Shown one piece after another: positions 50,241 to 60,380 of a stretch of 64,000 nt of DNA. The position numbers were made by a program, and so were the translations under genes. Every line of letters starts with the position of its first letter. Position 1 is the stretch's first letter. The notes under the pieces are model-generated. The model saw only the letters and a list, made by a program, of their open reading frames with translations. It made no database searches and was not told where the DNA came from. This DNA comes from an uncultured Gemmatimonadaceae bacterium (GTDB lineage Bacteria > Gemmatimonadota > Gemmatimonadetes > Gemmatimonadales > Gemmatimonadaceae): positions 384,001 to 448,000 of the forward strand of contig CAVXGK010000002.1 of assembly GCA_963761305.1 (NCBI GenBank). Direction: 5' to 3'.

Positions 50241-50702
50241 ATGCGACCTGTGGAGCGGGTGCGGCGAATCGGCGCGATGGTCGCGGCCGTCGTCGCGGTG
50301 GCGGCGTGCAGCGGCGACAACAGTCCTCCTCCGTTGCATCAGTTCACGCTGAGCTACGACTTCACGATCAAGCCGGACCAGGCGCCGCCGCACGCCCGCG
50401 ACGACATCCATTACACGATCCAGGTCTTCGACCGGAAGACGCGGCAGCCGATCGAGAGTGGCGAAGGCCAGCTCTTCGCGGGCAAGCCGATCGACGAGGA
50501 TGCGCCCAACGGTCCGCAGTCCAAGACGTACGACGGCATGGAGTACGGACCCGAGGTCGGCACGTATCACGCGAAGCTGAACTTCGTCATCCCCGGCACA
50601 TGGGCCGTGGCGATCCGCTTCCGCAAGGATTCGTTGCATCCGCTCGAGCGCACCGACTGGATGCAGGACGTGCTCAACGAACGCCCATCGAACACCCCCT
50701 GA
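50241..50702 (+). CDS. Hypothetical lipoprotein (Ig-like, YtkA-like)
   Basis: Lipobox VAAC; GTYHAKLNF..PGTW. Confidence 0.65.
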   Translation: MRPVERVRRIGAMVAAVVAVAACSGDNSPPPLHQFTLSYDFTIKPDQAPPHARDDIHYTIQVFDRKTRQPIESGEGQLFAGKPIDEDAPNGPQSKTYDGMEYGPEVGTYHAKLNFVIPGTWAVAIRFRKDSLHPLERTDWMQDVLNERPSNTP

Positions 50703-50995
50703 TGCGACACTTCTATCGCAGCCAAATGCAGCTCGCGGACGTGCTCGCCGCCGCCGACGAGTTTTTCCCCGCGCTCGGACTCGCGCAGCACACGACGGCG
50801 CCCAAAATGCGCACGTACACGGGACCGCTCGGCGCCCTTCGGCTGACGGTTCGCGCGGAAGGCGGGCACTACACGTTCGTGCAGATCGACACCGATCAGA
50901 TGGGCGAGAGTCGTCTCGATCGAAACGTCAAGAAATTCTTTGTTGCGCTGCACCGCGCCGACGACCCGGAACACCGGCTGACGTCGAGCTATTGA
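50702..50995 (+). CDS. Hypothetical protein
   Basis: TGATG coupling to the upstream gene; MRHFYRSQ... Confidence 0.65.
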   Translation: MRHFYRSQMQLADVLAAADEFFPALGLAQHTTAPKMRTYTGPLGALRLTVRAEGGHYTFVQIDTDQMGESRLDRNVKKFFVALHRADDPEHRLTSSY

Positions 50996-51002
50996 TGCGC
51001 TG

Positions 51003-51302
51003 ATGGCGCATCCCACAGGCGGGCCGCAGGCACAAGCGCCCACGCCGCGTTCCGCGTATTTTGGTATTGGTTGCATTACCGCCGTCGCCGGATTCGTCGG
51101 CGGCGGGATGATCGGGGTGCTCGTGGCCAAGATCGTCGGTGCCGTGGCGCGCTGTACGCCGGACGCTGAGACCGGCGCGCCGTGCGGGTGGGGATCCTAC
51201 TGGCTGGTCGGCGCGGTCGTCGGGCTCTTCGTCCTTCCGACGATTGCGATCTGGCTGTTCGCTCGCGGTCGTCGCCGCGCGCAAAACTCGGAACGAGGGT
51301 GA
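51003..51302 (+). CDS. Small 2-TM hypothetical protein
   Basis: Two hydrophobic helices, operonic spacing. Confidence 0.65.
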   Translation: MAHPTGGPQAQAPTPRSAYFGIGCITAVAGFVGGGMIGVLVAKIVGAVARCTPDAETGAPCGWGSYWLVGAVVGLFVLPTIAIWLFARGRRRAQNSERG

Positions 51303-51306
51303 GTCG

Positions 51307-52641
51307 GTGGCTCGTGTAGACGTCGTGATGCCCCAGATGGGTGAATCGATCGCCGAGGGCACACTCTCGAAGTGGCTCAAGAAGGTCGGCGACGCGGTGA
51401 AGCGCGACGAGCCGATGTTCGAGATCTCGACCGACAAAGTCGACGCCGAGATTCCGGCGCCGGTGAGCGGCGTCTTGGCCGAGGTCCTCGTGAAGGAAGG
51501 CCAGACGGTTCCGGTGGAAACGCTGGTCGCGCGCCTCGAGACCGATGTGAACGCGGCTGTGACTGCGCCCGCCGCACCGGCGACCGCACCCGCTGCCGCG
51601 TCCGCTCCGTCGGTGCCCGCGAAGGCCGCCGCCGGCGCCAAGCCGGCCGCGTCTGACAAACCATCCGCCCCGACGCCGCCGGCCGCGCCGGCACCCGAAC
51701 ACGGCAACGGCGCGTCCCTCGAGGAACGGCTGCGCACCAAGTCCTCGCCGCTCGTCCGGCGAATGGCGGCGGACCACGGCATCGAGATCTCCGGATTGCA
51801 GGGCAGCGGCATCGCGGGGCGGGTCACCAAGCGCGACCTCCTCGACTTCATAGAGTCGGGCGCCAAGGCCCCACCGCGCGTGGGCGCGGGCGCGCCCGTT
51901 CACGTCGGCACGCTGCCGCTTCCCGAGCCGTGGCCGGGCGACGTGGTCGAGCCGATGTCCAAGATGCGTGCGCTGATCAGCGAACACATGGTCGCGTCGC
52001 GGCACACGTCGGCGCACGTGAGCACGTTCTTCGAGGTGGACTTCACGCGCATTGCTCGCATTCGCGCGAAGAATCGCGCCGAGTTCGAGAAAGCGACCGG
52101 CGAAAAGCTCACCTACATGCCGTTCATCCTGAAGGCGGTCGTCGACGGGTTGAAAGCGCATCCGGTCGTGAACGCGTCGGTGCGCGGCAACGAAGTCATC
52201 TATCGCAAGCAGATCAACATCGGGATCGCGGTGGCGCTCGACTGGGGACTCATCGTCCCCGTCATCAAGGGCGCGGACAACCTGTCGCTCACGGGTCTGA
52301 CGCGGGCGCTCAACGACCTCGCGAACCGCGCGCGGACCAAGCGGCTCGATCCGCGCGAAGTGCAGGACGGCACGTTCACGATCACCAACCCCGGCGTGTT
52401 CGGATCGCTCACCGGCACGCCGATCATCAACCAGCCGCAAGTCGGGATTCTTTGCCTCGGCGCGATCGAGAAGCGGCCGAAGGTGCTCACCGGTCCGGAC
52501 GGCGAGGACATCCTTGCCATCCGGACGTGTTCGTATCTCTCCCTCTCGTTCGACCATCGCGTCGTCGACGGCGCCGATGCCGACAAGTTCATGGGCTTCG
52601 TAAAGCGAAGCCTCGAAACCTTCCCTGAGACGGTGCTCTGA
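51307..52641 (+). CDS. 2-oxoacid dehydrogenase E2, dihydrolipoamide acyltransferase
   Basis: Lipoyl STDKV, PSBD SPLVRR...GRVTKRD, FDHRVVDG. Confidence 0.95.
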   Translation: MARVDVVMPQMGESIAEGTLSKWLKKVGDAVKRDEPMFEISTDKVDAEIPAPVSGVLAEVLVKEGQTVPVETLVARLETDVNAAVTAPAAPATAPAAASAPSVPAKAAAGAKPAASDKPSAPTPPAAPAPEHGNGASLEERLRTKSSPLVRRMAADHGIEISGLQGSGIAGRVTKRDLLDFIESGAKAPPRVGAGAPVHVGTLPLPEPWPGDVVEPMSKMRALISEHMVASRHTSAHVSTFFEVDFTRIARIRAKNRAEFEKATGEKLTYMPFILKAVVDGLKAHPVVNASVRGNEVIYRKQINIGIAVALDWGLIVPVIKGADNLSLTGLTRALNDLANRARTKRLDPREVQDGTFTITNPGVFGSLTGTPIINQPQVGILCLGAIEKRPKVLTGPDGEDILAIRTCSYLSLSFDHRVVDGADADKFMGFVKRSLETFPETVL

Positions 52642-52643
52642 CC

Positions 52644-52904
52644 GTGCCGCGCGCACTCACGATTCAACGCACGCTCGTCACGCCGCCGGACCGCGAGCGA
52701 TTTCACCAAAAGCTCCGCCGCAAACACGAGCACTACGCGAAGCAGAACTGCCGCTTCTGGGCGTTCGAGGAAGCCGGTCTTCCCGGCGCGTTCCTCGAGT
52801 TCGTCGAGGCATCGGATGCCAACACGCTGGCGCGAGCGCACGCGTCGGCGCCCGAGCCGATCCTCGATCCGAATCGCGTCTACATGGAAGTGGAGCTGAC
52901 CTGA
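52644..52904 (+). CDS. Hypothetical protein
   Basis: Tight operonic coupling. Confidence 0.65.
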   Translation: MPRALTIQRTLVTPPDRERFHQKLRRKHEHYAKQNCRFWAFEEAGLPGAFLEFVEASDANTLARAHASAPEPILDPNRVYMEVELT

Positions 52905-53170
52905 TGCCATCGCGGACGCTCACGATCGGCGGCAAGAACTGGCTCGTATTTCCATCGGGCCGGGTGACGCAGTACGACCGCGACGAGTTCGGGCTCCTCT
53001 TCATCAGTGGAACGGGCGGCGATCGCGAGGTGCGAGTGACTCGCTATTCCCCCGTGGGGACCCGGTCGCGAGAGCGTTCTCTGGTGGAGATGAGCAACGC
53101 CGACCTCGCCCGACTCTTCGAGGCGTCGCAGCCCAGCGACACGTCGCCGGAAGCCGACTACTCGGTGTGA
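52904..53170 (+). CDS. Hypothetical protein
   Basis: TGATG coupling. Confidence 0.65.
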   Translation: MPSRTLTIGGKNWLVFPSGRVTQYDRDEFGLLFISGTGGDREVRVTRYSPVGTRSRERSLVEMSNADLARLFEASQPSDTSPEADYSV

Positions 53171-54024
53171 CGTCGACTCCTCCGCGCGCGGGCGACGCCG
53201 CGGCGCTCGTCGACCTGCACGTTCACTCGACCGCTTCGGACGGAACGCGTCCGCCCGACGAAGTCGTGCGCGAGGCGAAGCGCATCGGGCTCGCCGCCAT
53301 CGCCCTTACGGATCACGACACACTCGACGGTATCGCGCTCGCGACGGAAACCGGCGCCGCGCTCGGCGTGCGCGTCGTCGCGGGGATCGAGCTGAGCGCC
53401 GTCGAGACCGATGCGGAAACGCACATCCTCGGCTTGCACCTGTCCGACACGCGTCAGATCGAAGCGCAGCTTGCCGCGCTGCGCGACATGCGCCGCGGCC
53501 GCGCCGAACGGATCGTCGTCCGATTGAACGAGCTCGGCGTGCGGGTCGAAATGGCGGCGGTGCTCGAGCAGGCGGCCGGCGGCGCCATCGGCAGGCCGCA
53601 CGTCGCCCGCGCCATGATCGCCGAAGGATGGGCGGTCGACTTTCGCGACGCGTTCGACCGTTACCTCGGTGGCGGACGTCCCGCGTACGTTCCGAAGGAG
53701 CGACTCGCCGCGGGCGACGCGATCGGCGCCATCCACCGGGCGGGCGGTTTGGCGATCCTCGCGCATCCGGCGCAGACGGGCACGCGCGAACGCATCGAGG
53801 CATTTGTGCGCGCGGGAATCGACGGCGTCGAAATCCGTCATCCGAGCCACAGCCCGGAGGATGTCGCGCGACTTACCGCCCTCGTCGATTTCTTCGGCCT
53901 CGTGCCGAGCGGCGGATCGGACTGGCACGGCGCCTCCGAGGGCGCGCGCACACTCGGCATGATGCGTGTACCGGGATCGTGGCTCGAACGGCAGGACGCT
54001 CGCATTCGCGAGCGTGCGGCCTGA
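53167..54024 (+). CDS. PHP-domain phosphoesterase (YciV/TrpH-like)
   Basis: DLHVHSTASDG, LTDHDT, GRPH, GGSDWHG. Confidence 0.93.
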   Translation: MTSTPPRAGDAAALVDLHVHSTASDGTRPPDEVVREAKRIGLAAIALTDHDTLDGIALATETGAALGVRVVAGIELSAVETDAETHILGLHLSDTRQIEAQLAALRDMRRGRAERIVVRLNELGVRVEMAAVLEQAAGGAIGRPHVARAMIAEGWAVDFRDAFDRYLGGGRPAYVPKERLAAGDAIGAIHRAGGLAILAHPAQTGTRERIEAFVRAGIDGVEIRHPSHSPEDVARLTALVDFFGLVPSGGSDWHGASEGARTLGMMRVPGSWLERQDARIRERAA

Positions 54025-54094
54025 GGCCGTTTCAGGTCCGACGATCATTCGCCAGGTCGTAGATGCTTGACTAGCCGAGCCGAGGAGCGACGCC

Positions 54095-54832
54095 ATGGAG
54101 CTCGCGGGTAAGACGGCGTTGGTAACGGGAGCCGGCCATCGCGTGGGGCGAGCGATTGCCGTCGCGCTGGGCGCGCAGAAGATGCGCGTCGCCGTGCACT
54201 ACAACTCCACTGCCGACGGCGCCAAGGAGACGTTGCGCGAGATCGAGAAGCGCGGCGGGTCGGGCGACACGTTCGGCGCGGACCTCACCAAGCCGGACCA
54301 GATCTCCGGGCTCACCGACGCGGTGGTCAAGCGATTCGGATCGCTCGACGTACTGGTCAACTCCGCCGCCGTCATGCTGCGCACGCCGCTCGGCGAGACG
54401 GACGCCGATCAGTGGGACGGCATCATGGCGCTGAACCTTCGCGCGCCGTTCCTGTTGTCGCAGGCCGCCGCGCCGCATCTGCGCCGCGCAAAAGGAGGGG
54501 GAGTGATCGTCAACATCGCCGATCTCGCGGCGTTCGAGACGTGGCCCGGCTACCTCGTGCACGGATTGTCGAAGTCAGGCGTCGTGTACCTGACGCGTGC
54601 GCTGGCGCGCGTTCTCGCGCCGGAGGTTCGTGTCGGCGCGGTAGCCCCGGGAACCGTCCTCCTCCCCGAGAAATGGAGCCCGTCCGACGCCGCGCACCTG
54701 GTCGAGTCGACGCCGCTCAAGCGCAACGGCACCCCCGAGGACGTGTCGGGCGCGGTCCTCTTCATCCTCGGCGCCGACTACTTCACGGGCGACACGATCA
54801 TCGTCGACGGCGGCCGCCACATACGCAAGTGA
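54095..54832 (+). CDS. SDR, pteridine reductase/FolM-like
   Basis: TGAGHRVG, VHYNS, LVNSA; catalytic position reads HGLSK. Confidence 0.85.
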   Translation: MELAGKTALVTGAGHRVGRAIAVALGAQKMRVAVHYNSTADGAKETLREIEKRGGSGDTFGADLTKPDQISGLTDAVVKRFGSLDVLVNSAAVMLRTPLGETDADQWDGIMALNLRAPFLLSQAAAPHLRRAKGGGVIVNIADLAAFETWPGYLVHGLSKSGVVYLTRALARVLAPEVRVGAVAPGTVLLPEKWSPSDAAHLVESTPLKRNGTPEDVSGAVLFILGADYFTGDTIIVDGGRHIRK

Positions 54833-54930
54833 CTGTCGTGAATGACGGTTCCCGCATCGGCTACATTTGAGCATCATGATGCGGCGATTGCGGACGAGAA
54901 CGCCGCCGTGCTGCGACGAGAGGATTTGAA

Positions 54931-55920
54931 GTGGGGACTACCTACAATTACGACGTCGTAATCATCGGAGCGGGCCCCGCGGGACTCTGTGCCGGCCTCT
55001 ACGCCGGGCGCGCGATGCTCAAGGCCGTCATCCTCGAGAAGGGATGGCCCGGCGGCGAGCTCCTCAACACCGAGTTGGTCGAGGACTATCCCGGGTTCGA
55101 CCACATTCTCGGCCGTGACCTGGCCGAGAAATTCGCCGACCACGCGGCCAAGTTCGGCGCCGAGATTCGCAACGGCGTCTGCGTGGAACGAGTCGAGCGC
55201 TCCGACGACGGCACCTTCACGACGCTCACCGAGTCCGGCGACGTCTACTCCTCGCCCGCGGTGATCGTGACCGCCGGCGGGACGCCGATCAAGCTTGGCG
55301 TGCCTGGCGAGATCGAATACGCGGGGAAGGGCGTGTCGTATTGCGCGATCTGCGACGGAGCGTTCTTCCGCAACCAGATCGTCGCGGTGATCGGCGGCGG
55401 CGACGCCGCGACAGAAGAGGCCGACTTTCTCACGCGCTACGCCGAGAAGGTGTATCTGATTCATCGTCGTGATGAGCTGCGCGCCTCGAAGATTCTCCAG
55501 GAGCGCTTGTTCGCGAATCCCAAGGTGGAAGTCATCTGGAATACGGTCGTCGACGAAGTGCAGGGTGACGGGCAGGGGCTCGTGCACAACCTGCGTCTGC
55601 GCGACGTCGCGACGGAAACGACGAGAGATCTGCCGGCGACCGGCATGTTCGTGTTCATCGGCTTCCGCCCCAACACGGGCATCGTCGTGGAGCACGTCGA
55701 GCACGACGACATGGGATACTTCCGAACCGACGCGAACATGGAGACGAGCGTGCGCGGCCTGTTCGCCGCCGGCGACGTTCGCTCGCAGTTGACGCGACAG
55801 GTGACGACGGCCGTTGGCGATGCGACGACCGCGGCGATCGCCGTGGAGAAGTACCTCAAGGCGCGCGCCGACGGACATCCGAGCGAACCGATCGTCGGCA
55901 TGGGGGGCTACACGGCGTGA
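54931..55920 (+). CDS. trxB: Thioredoxin-disulfide reductase
   Basis: GAGPAG, CAICDG, GGGDAA, HRRDELRA, FAAGD. Confidence 0.96.
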   Translation: MGTTYNYDVVIIGAGPAGLCAGLYAGRAMLKAVILEKGWPGGELLNTELVEDYPGFDHILGRDLAEKFADHAAKFGAEIRNGVCVERVERSDDGTFTTLTESGDVYSSPAVIVTAGGTPIKLGVPGEIEYAGKGVSYCAICDGAFFRNQIVAVIGGGDAATEEADFLTRYAEKVYLIHRRDELRASKILQERLFANPKVEVIWNTVVDEVQGDGQGLVHNLRLRDVATETTRDLPATGMFVFIGFRPNTGIVVEHVEHDDMGYFRTDANMETSVRGLFAAGDVRSQLTRQVTTAVGDATTAAIAVEKYLKARADGHPSEPIVGMGGYTA

Positions 55921-56558
55921 AGATCCAGTCGGTCACGGTGGGCGAGTTTCAGGAGAACACCTATCTCGTGATCGACGAGGCGACGGGTCACGCCGTCGTC
56001 ATCGATCCCGGCGCGGAGCCCGATCGGCTCGTCGAATGGATCCGCGATGCGGACGTCACGCTCGACGGCGTGTGGCTTACACACGCGCACCTCGACCACG
56101 TCGGAGGCGTCGCCGGCGTCACGCGCGAGTGGCCGGTGCCGGTATACATGCATCCGGACGACCGACCGACTCTCGAGCGCGCGCCGATATCGGCCGCCGG
56201 GTACGGCGTACCGTTCGAGGCGCCGCCCGCTCCGGATCGCGAGCTCGCCGACGGCGATTCGCTCGCACTGGGAGGTCTCGCGTTCAAGGTGATGCACGTG
56301 CCGGGTCATGCGCCCGGCCACGTCGTGTTTCACGGCAACGGTGTCGTGCTCGGCGGTGACTTGCTGTTCGCCGGTTCCATCGGACGGACCGACTTGCCGC
56401 TGGCCGAGCCGCTCGCGATGGAGGAGTCGCTCGCGCGGATCTGCGAGTTGGACGACGAGCTGGTTGTGTATCCCGGGCACGGACCGGCAACGACGATCGG
56501 CGAAGAGCGCGCGAGCAATCCTTTCCTCACCGGGGTCGTTCGCCTGGTGAAGCGTTAG
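55917..56558 (+). CDS. Metallo-beta-lactamase fold hydrolase (YcbL/GloC-like)
   Basis: THAHLDH, PGHAPG, GDLLF, PGHG. Confidence 0.92.
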   Translation: MKIQSVTVGEFQENTYLVIDEATGHAVVIDPGAEPDRLVEWIRDADVTLDGVWLTHAHLDHVGGVAGVTREWPVPVYMHPDDRPTLERAPISAAGYGVPFEAPPAPDRELADGDSLALGGLAFKVMHVPGHAPGHVVFHGNGVVLGGDLLFAGSIGRTDLPLAEPLAMEESLARICELDDELVVYPGHGPATTIGEERASNPFLTGVVRLVKR

Positions 56559-56561
56559 GCG

Positions 56562-57050
56562 ATGGGTCCGCCGGCTCGCTCGCCGTCGCTGACCTTGGAG
56601 CTTGTGGCGCTCGCGCTCTGGCTCGGCGCATCGATCCTGTTCGCGGCCATCGTCGCACCGGCGTTGTTCGCCGCGCTTCCGAGTCGCACGCTCGCCGGGG
56701 ACGTCGTCGGCCGTGTGCTGCCGGCGATCTTCTACTCCGGAATCGTCGTCGCGCTGGTGGCGATCGCGGTCGAAGCACGTGCCGCCGGCCGCGTTTTCAC
56801 GGCGCGGGTGACGGCGGGACTCCTGCTCGGCGCCGCCTGCGGCGCCGCGCTCGCCATCGCACGCGGCATCGACCGATTCCGCGCGAGTATTGCCGGCCCG
56901 ATCGACGCGCTGGCGCCGGACGACGCGCGCCGAATCGCTTTCGGGCGGTTTCATGCCCTGAGCGTTGGCGCGCTTGGAGTCGGCATGCTGGCCGCGCTCG
57001 TCCTCATGATCTCCGCCGCGCGCCGTCTCGCCGCGCGGGCGACCGTTTAA
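56562..57050 (+). CDS. DUF4149-like membrane protein
   Basis: LWLG...IVAPALF...AG; FGRFHALS. Confidence 0.8.
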   Translation: MGPPARSPSLTLELVALALWLGASILFAAIVAPALFAALPSRTLAGDVVGRVLPAIFYSGIVVALVAIAVEARAAGRVFTARVTAGLLLGAACGAALAIARGIDRFRASIAGPIDALAPDDARRIAFGRFHALSVGALGVGMLAALVLMISAARRLAARATV

Positions 57051-57083
57051 CGACCTTTCATCCGAACTTAGAGCTCTCTCATC

Positions 57084-58508
57084 ATGCCCGATACACGCCG
57101 CGAAAAAGACCCGCTCGGCACCCTCGACGTTCCCGCCGACGCGTTGTACGGCGTCCAGACGCTCCGCGCCAGACAGAACTTTGCCGTCAGCGGGCTGTCG
57201 CCGCTCGAGCCGTTCGTCGTCGCGCAGGTGTGGATCAAGAAGGCGGCGGCGCTCACGCACAAGCAGACGGGCCGTCTCGAACCGCGGCTCGCGGATGCCA
57301 TCGTCGCCGCGGCCGACGAGGTCCTGGGCGGCAAGCACCGCGAGCAGTTCATCGTCGACCCGTTTCAGGCCGGCGCCGGAACGTCGCACAACATGAACGC
57401 GAACGAGGTCCTGGCCAATCGGGCCAACGAGATCCTCGGCGGAAAGCGCGGCGAGTACTCGCCGGTGCATCCGAATGATCACGTCAATATGGCGCAGTCG
57501 ACGAACGACACGATCCCCACGGCGATCCGCCTCGCTTGTCTCGCGCAGCTCGGGCCGCTGACGAAGGCGTTCGAGGGGCTACGCGCCGCACTGGCCAACA
57601 AGGGGAAGGAGTTCGACGACGTCGTCAAAGCAGGCCGGACGCACCTGCAGGACGCCATGCCGATCCGGCTCGGTCAGGAATTCACCGCGTATGCCGGCTC
57701 CATTGGCCGAGGCCTGCGTCGGGTCAACGAGGCAGCCGACTATCTGCGCGACCTCGGGATCGGCGGCAGCGCGGTCGGCACCGGCGTGACGGTCGAAGCG
57801 GAATACCCGGCGCTCATGGTTCGACATCTCGCGTCGATCTCCGGACTCGACGTGCGGGAAGGGCAGGATCGCATTCAGCTCATGCAGAGCATGGGCGACG
57901 TCGCCGGCTACAGCGCGTCGCTTCGCGTCCTCGCGATCGATCTGAGCAAGATCGCCAGCGACCTTCGGCTGATGGTGATGGGTCCGCGCACAGGCATCGA
58001 CGAGATCTCGCTCCCCGCGGTGCAGCCGGGATCGTCCATCATGCCGGGCAAGATCAACCCGTCGATCCCGGAGATGGTCAATCAGGTCTGCTTCCAGGTG
58101 ATGGGACTGGACACGACGGTCGCCATCGCGTCGGAACACGGGCAGCTCGAGCTCAACGTGATGATGCCGGTCATCGGGTTCAACGTGCTGCTCGCCGGCC
58201 GGATTCTCACCAACGCCGTGGCGACGCTCACGGAGCGGTGCGTCACCGGGATTCAGGCAAACCGCGAGATGTGCGCGTACTGGGTCGAGCGGTCGGCGGC
58301 TCTCGCGACCGCGCTTGCCCCGCAAATCGGCTACGCGCGCGCGGCGGAAATCAGCAAGCAGTCGGTGAAGGAAGGGATCCTGATTCGCGATCTGGTGAAG
58401 CGCGACGGCATCCTTCCGGCCGACGAGGTGGACGACGTGCTCGACCTGCGGAAAATGACCGAGATCGGGGTTCCCGGCGGCAAGTACGGCGCTTCAGCCG
58501 GCGGCTGA
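57084..58508 (+). CDS. aspA: Aspartate ammonia-lyase / class II fumarase family
   Basis: YGVQTLRA, GAGTSHNMN, GRTHLQDA, GSSIMPGKINP. Confidence 0.88.
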   Translation: MPDTRREKDPLGTLDVPADALYGVQTLRARQNFAVSGLSPLEPFVVAQVWIKKAAALTHKQTGRLEPRLADAIVAAADEVLGGKHREQFIVDPFQAGAGTSHNMNANEVLANRANEILGGKRGEYSPVHPNDHVNMAQSTNDTIPTAIRLACLAQLGPLTKAFEGLRAALANKGKEFDDVVKAGRTHLQDAMPIRLGQEFTAYAGSIGRGLRRVNEAADYLRDLGIGGSAVGTGVTVEAEYPALMVRHLASISGLDVREGQDRIQLMQSMGDVAGYSASLRVLAIDLSKIASDLRLMVMGPRTGIDEISLPAVQPGSSIMPGKINPSIPEMVNQVCFQVMGLDTTVAIASEHGQLELNVMMPVIGFNVLLAGRILTNAVATLTERCVTGIQANREMCAYWVERSAALATALAPQIGYARAAEISKQSVKEGILIRDLVKRDGILPADEVDDVLDLRKMTEIGVPGGKYGASAGG

Positions 58509-58574
58509 TCCGGCTTGTCCCACCAACGCGCGCGGGCTGACCGGAGCCCGCGGGCGAGCTTAGATTGAAAATCG

Positions 58575-59066
58575 ATGCGCATCACTACGTTGGCCGAGTA
58601 CGGAGTCATCTGCGCGCTTCATTTGGCGCGTCGCGCGTCGGAAGGCCCCATTACGGGGCGCGAGATCGCCGACGTGGAGCGCCTGCCCGGCGACTACGTC
58701 GAGCAGATCCTGCTGCGACTTCGGCGCGCGGGACTCGTGCGCAGCACGCGCGGCGCGCGCGGCGGCTACATGCTGGCCCGACCGGCCGACACGGTCTCGA
58801 TCCGCGACGTGATCGAGGCGTCGGAGACGATGACGTTCGATCTCCACTGCGTGTCGCATCCCGTCGGCGAGGAGCGATGCTCGTCGTCGCACAACTGCAG
58901 CATTCGCCCCGTGTGGATGCTGCTGCAGCGCAAGATCGACGACGTGTTGGGGGGCGTGTGTCTCGCCGACTTGTTAGCCGAAGAAAGCGAAGTGCGTTCG
59001 CGCGTCGGCCTGTCACCCGCGGCTGTCGAGCCTGACGCCCGCTCGCTACCCGTTCTGCAGTCCTGA
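58575..59066 (+). CDS. Rrf2-family regulator with three Cys
   Basis: YVEQIL...GLVRSTRGARGGY; C-x9-C-x5-C. Confidence 0.92.
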   Translation: MRITTLAEYGVICALHLARRASEGPITGREIADVERLPGDYVEQILLRLRRAGLVRSTRGARGGYMLARPADTVSIRDVIEASETMTFDLHCVSHPVGEERCSSSHNCSIRPVWMLLQRKIDDVLGGVCLADLLAEESEVRSRVGLSPAAVEPDARSLPVLQS

Positions 59067-59069
59067 GCG

Positions 59070-59636
59070 ATGGCGTTCTTCGCGCGATGGCGGGCCGACC
59101 GTGACGCGCAGCGAAAAGCCGCCCGGTACGTCGGCACGTTGTTCGTCGAACCCGACGGCCGCGACGTCGAATGGCTGGCGCAGAACGCGACGCGGGGCGA
59201 CATGGATCATGCGAGGTGGGAGCTGCGCTACGCGCGTCGCGCGCTGGGACTCATCGCCGCGCAGCGCGACGCGCTCGACGACCGCACCGCCTCGATGGTC
59301 GCTCACGAGATCTCGGAAGCATTCGCACGCGACCGAGGCATCGCCGCCGACAAGACCGACACGGCGGAACGGCAGTTCAACGCGCGGTTGAGCGCCTATC
59401 GCGACGGGCTCGGATCGCGCGCCGGTGCACCGACCTGGACGCGAATGGGGCAGACGCTTTTCGCGTTCGCCGGCGGGAGCTTCAAGCTGCGCGACGACAA
59501 CATCGTTCGGGCGGGCGAGCTGTTGTTCGGCTATCTCACCGAGGCAAACGAAGCGCTGCGCGCCACATTCGGCACGGTTGCGCTGCCTGAGAACGTCGCC
59601 CCCAGCGAACTGGTCGGCCGAGCGGCGCCTCGCTAG
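59070..59636 (+). CDS. Hypothetical protein
   Basis: Operonic spacing, typical codon usage. Confidence 0.65.
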   Translation: MAFFARWRADRDAQRKAARYVGTLFVEPDGRDVEWLAQNATRGDMDHARWELRYARRALGLIAAQRDALDDRTASMVAHEISEAFARDRGIAADKTDTAERQFNARLSAYRDGLGSRAGAPTWTRMGQTLFAFAGGSFKLRDDNIVRAGELLFGYLTEANEALRATFGTVALPENVAPSELVGRAAPR

Positions 59637-59659
59637 AAACTCACCAAGAAACGCTTGAG

Positions 59660-59743
59660 TGCCGAAGGGGGGACTCGAACCCCCACGAGCTTGCGCCCAC
59701 TGGCTCCTGAAGCCAGCGCGTCTACCAATTCCACCACTTCGGC
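59660..59743 (-). tRNA. tRNA-Leu(CAG)
   Basis: GCCGAAG/CTTCGGC acceptor, CTGGC-TTCAGGA-GCCAG anticodon arm, long variable arm, TTCGAGT. Confidence 0.96.
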
Positions 59744-59870
59744 AGAGCAAGCAAAGTTAGCCGCGCGCGGAGGGTGCGTCAACGTATCCTGTGTTGCTGC
59801 GCGAAGATGGCTCGTCTAGGTTGCGACAACGCGCGAGCCTCGAGCCGCACGCCTCCGTAACGCCGATCGC

Positions 59871-60380
59871 ATGCCCGCCCGCCCGACCAAGCCAGACAAG
59901 CCAGCGCGCTCCGGCGCGGCGAAGGCCCCGCCCGAGATCCAGTCGATCGCGCGCAACAAGCGCGCGCGCTACGACTACCACATCCTCGAGACCTTCGAGG
60001 CGGGGCTCGTGCTCGTGGGGACCGAGGTGAAATCGCTGCGCGACGGGCGAGCCAACATCAGCGACGCGTACGGAATACTGCGGGACGGTGAGCCATTCTT
60101 GCTCAACCTGCACATCTCCCCCTACGAACGAGGGGGTTACACGAATCACGAGCCCGAACGCACCCGCAAACTGTTGCTCCACCGCAAGGAAATCCGTCGT
60201 TTGATTGGAGCCGTCGAGCGCCAAGGACTGACCCTGGTCCCGCTCGAGCTGTACTTCAAGAACGGGGTGGCGAAAGTGTCCCTCGCACTCGCCAAGGGAA
60301 AGCAACTTCACGACAAGCGCGACACCGAGCGTACGCGCGACGCCGAGCGGGAAATGTCCCGCGCGGTCCGCGCGCGATGA
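59871..60380 (+). CDS. smpB: SsrA-binding protein
   Basis: NKRARYDY, EAGLVLVGTEVKSLR, RKLLLHR, GKQLHDKR. Confidence 0.97.
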   Translation: MPARPTKPDKPARSGAAKAPPEIQSIARNKRARYDYHILETFEAGLVLVGTEVKSLRDGRANISDAYGILRDGEPFLLNLHISPYERGGYTNHEPERTRKLLLHRKEIRRLIGAVERQGLTLVPLELYFKNGVAKVSLALAKGKQLHDKRDTERTRDAEREMSRAVRAR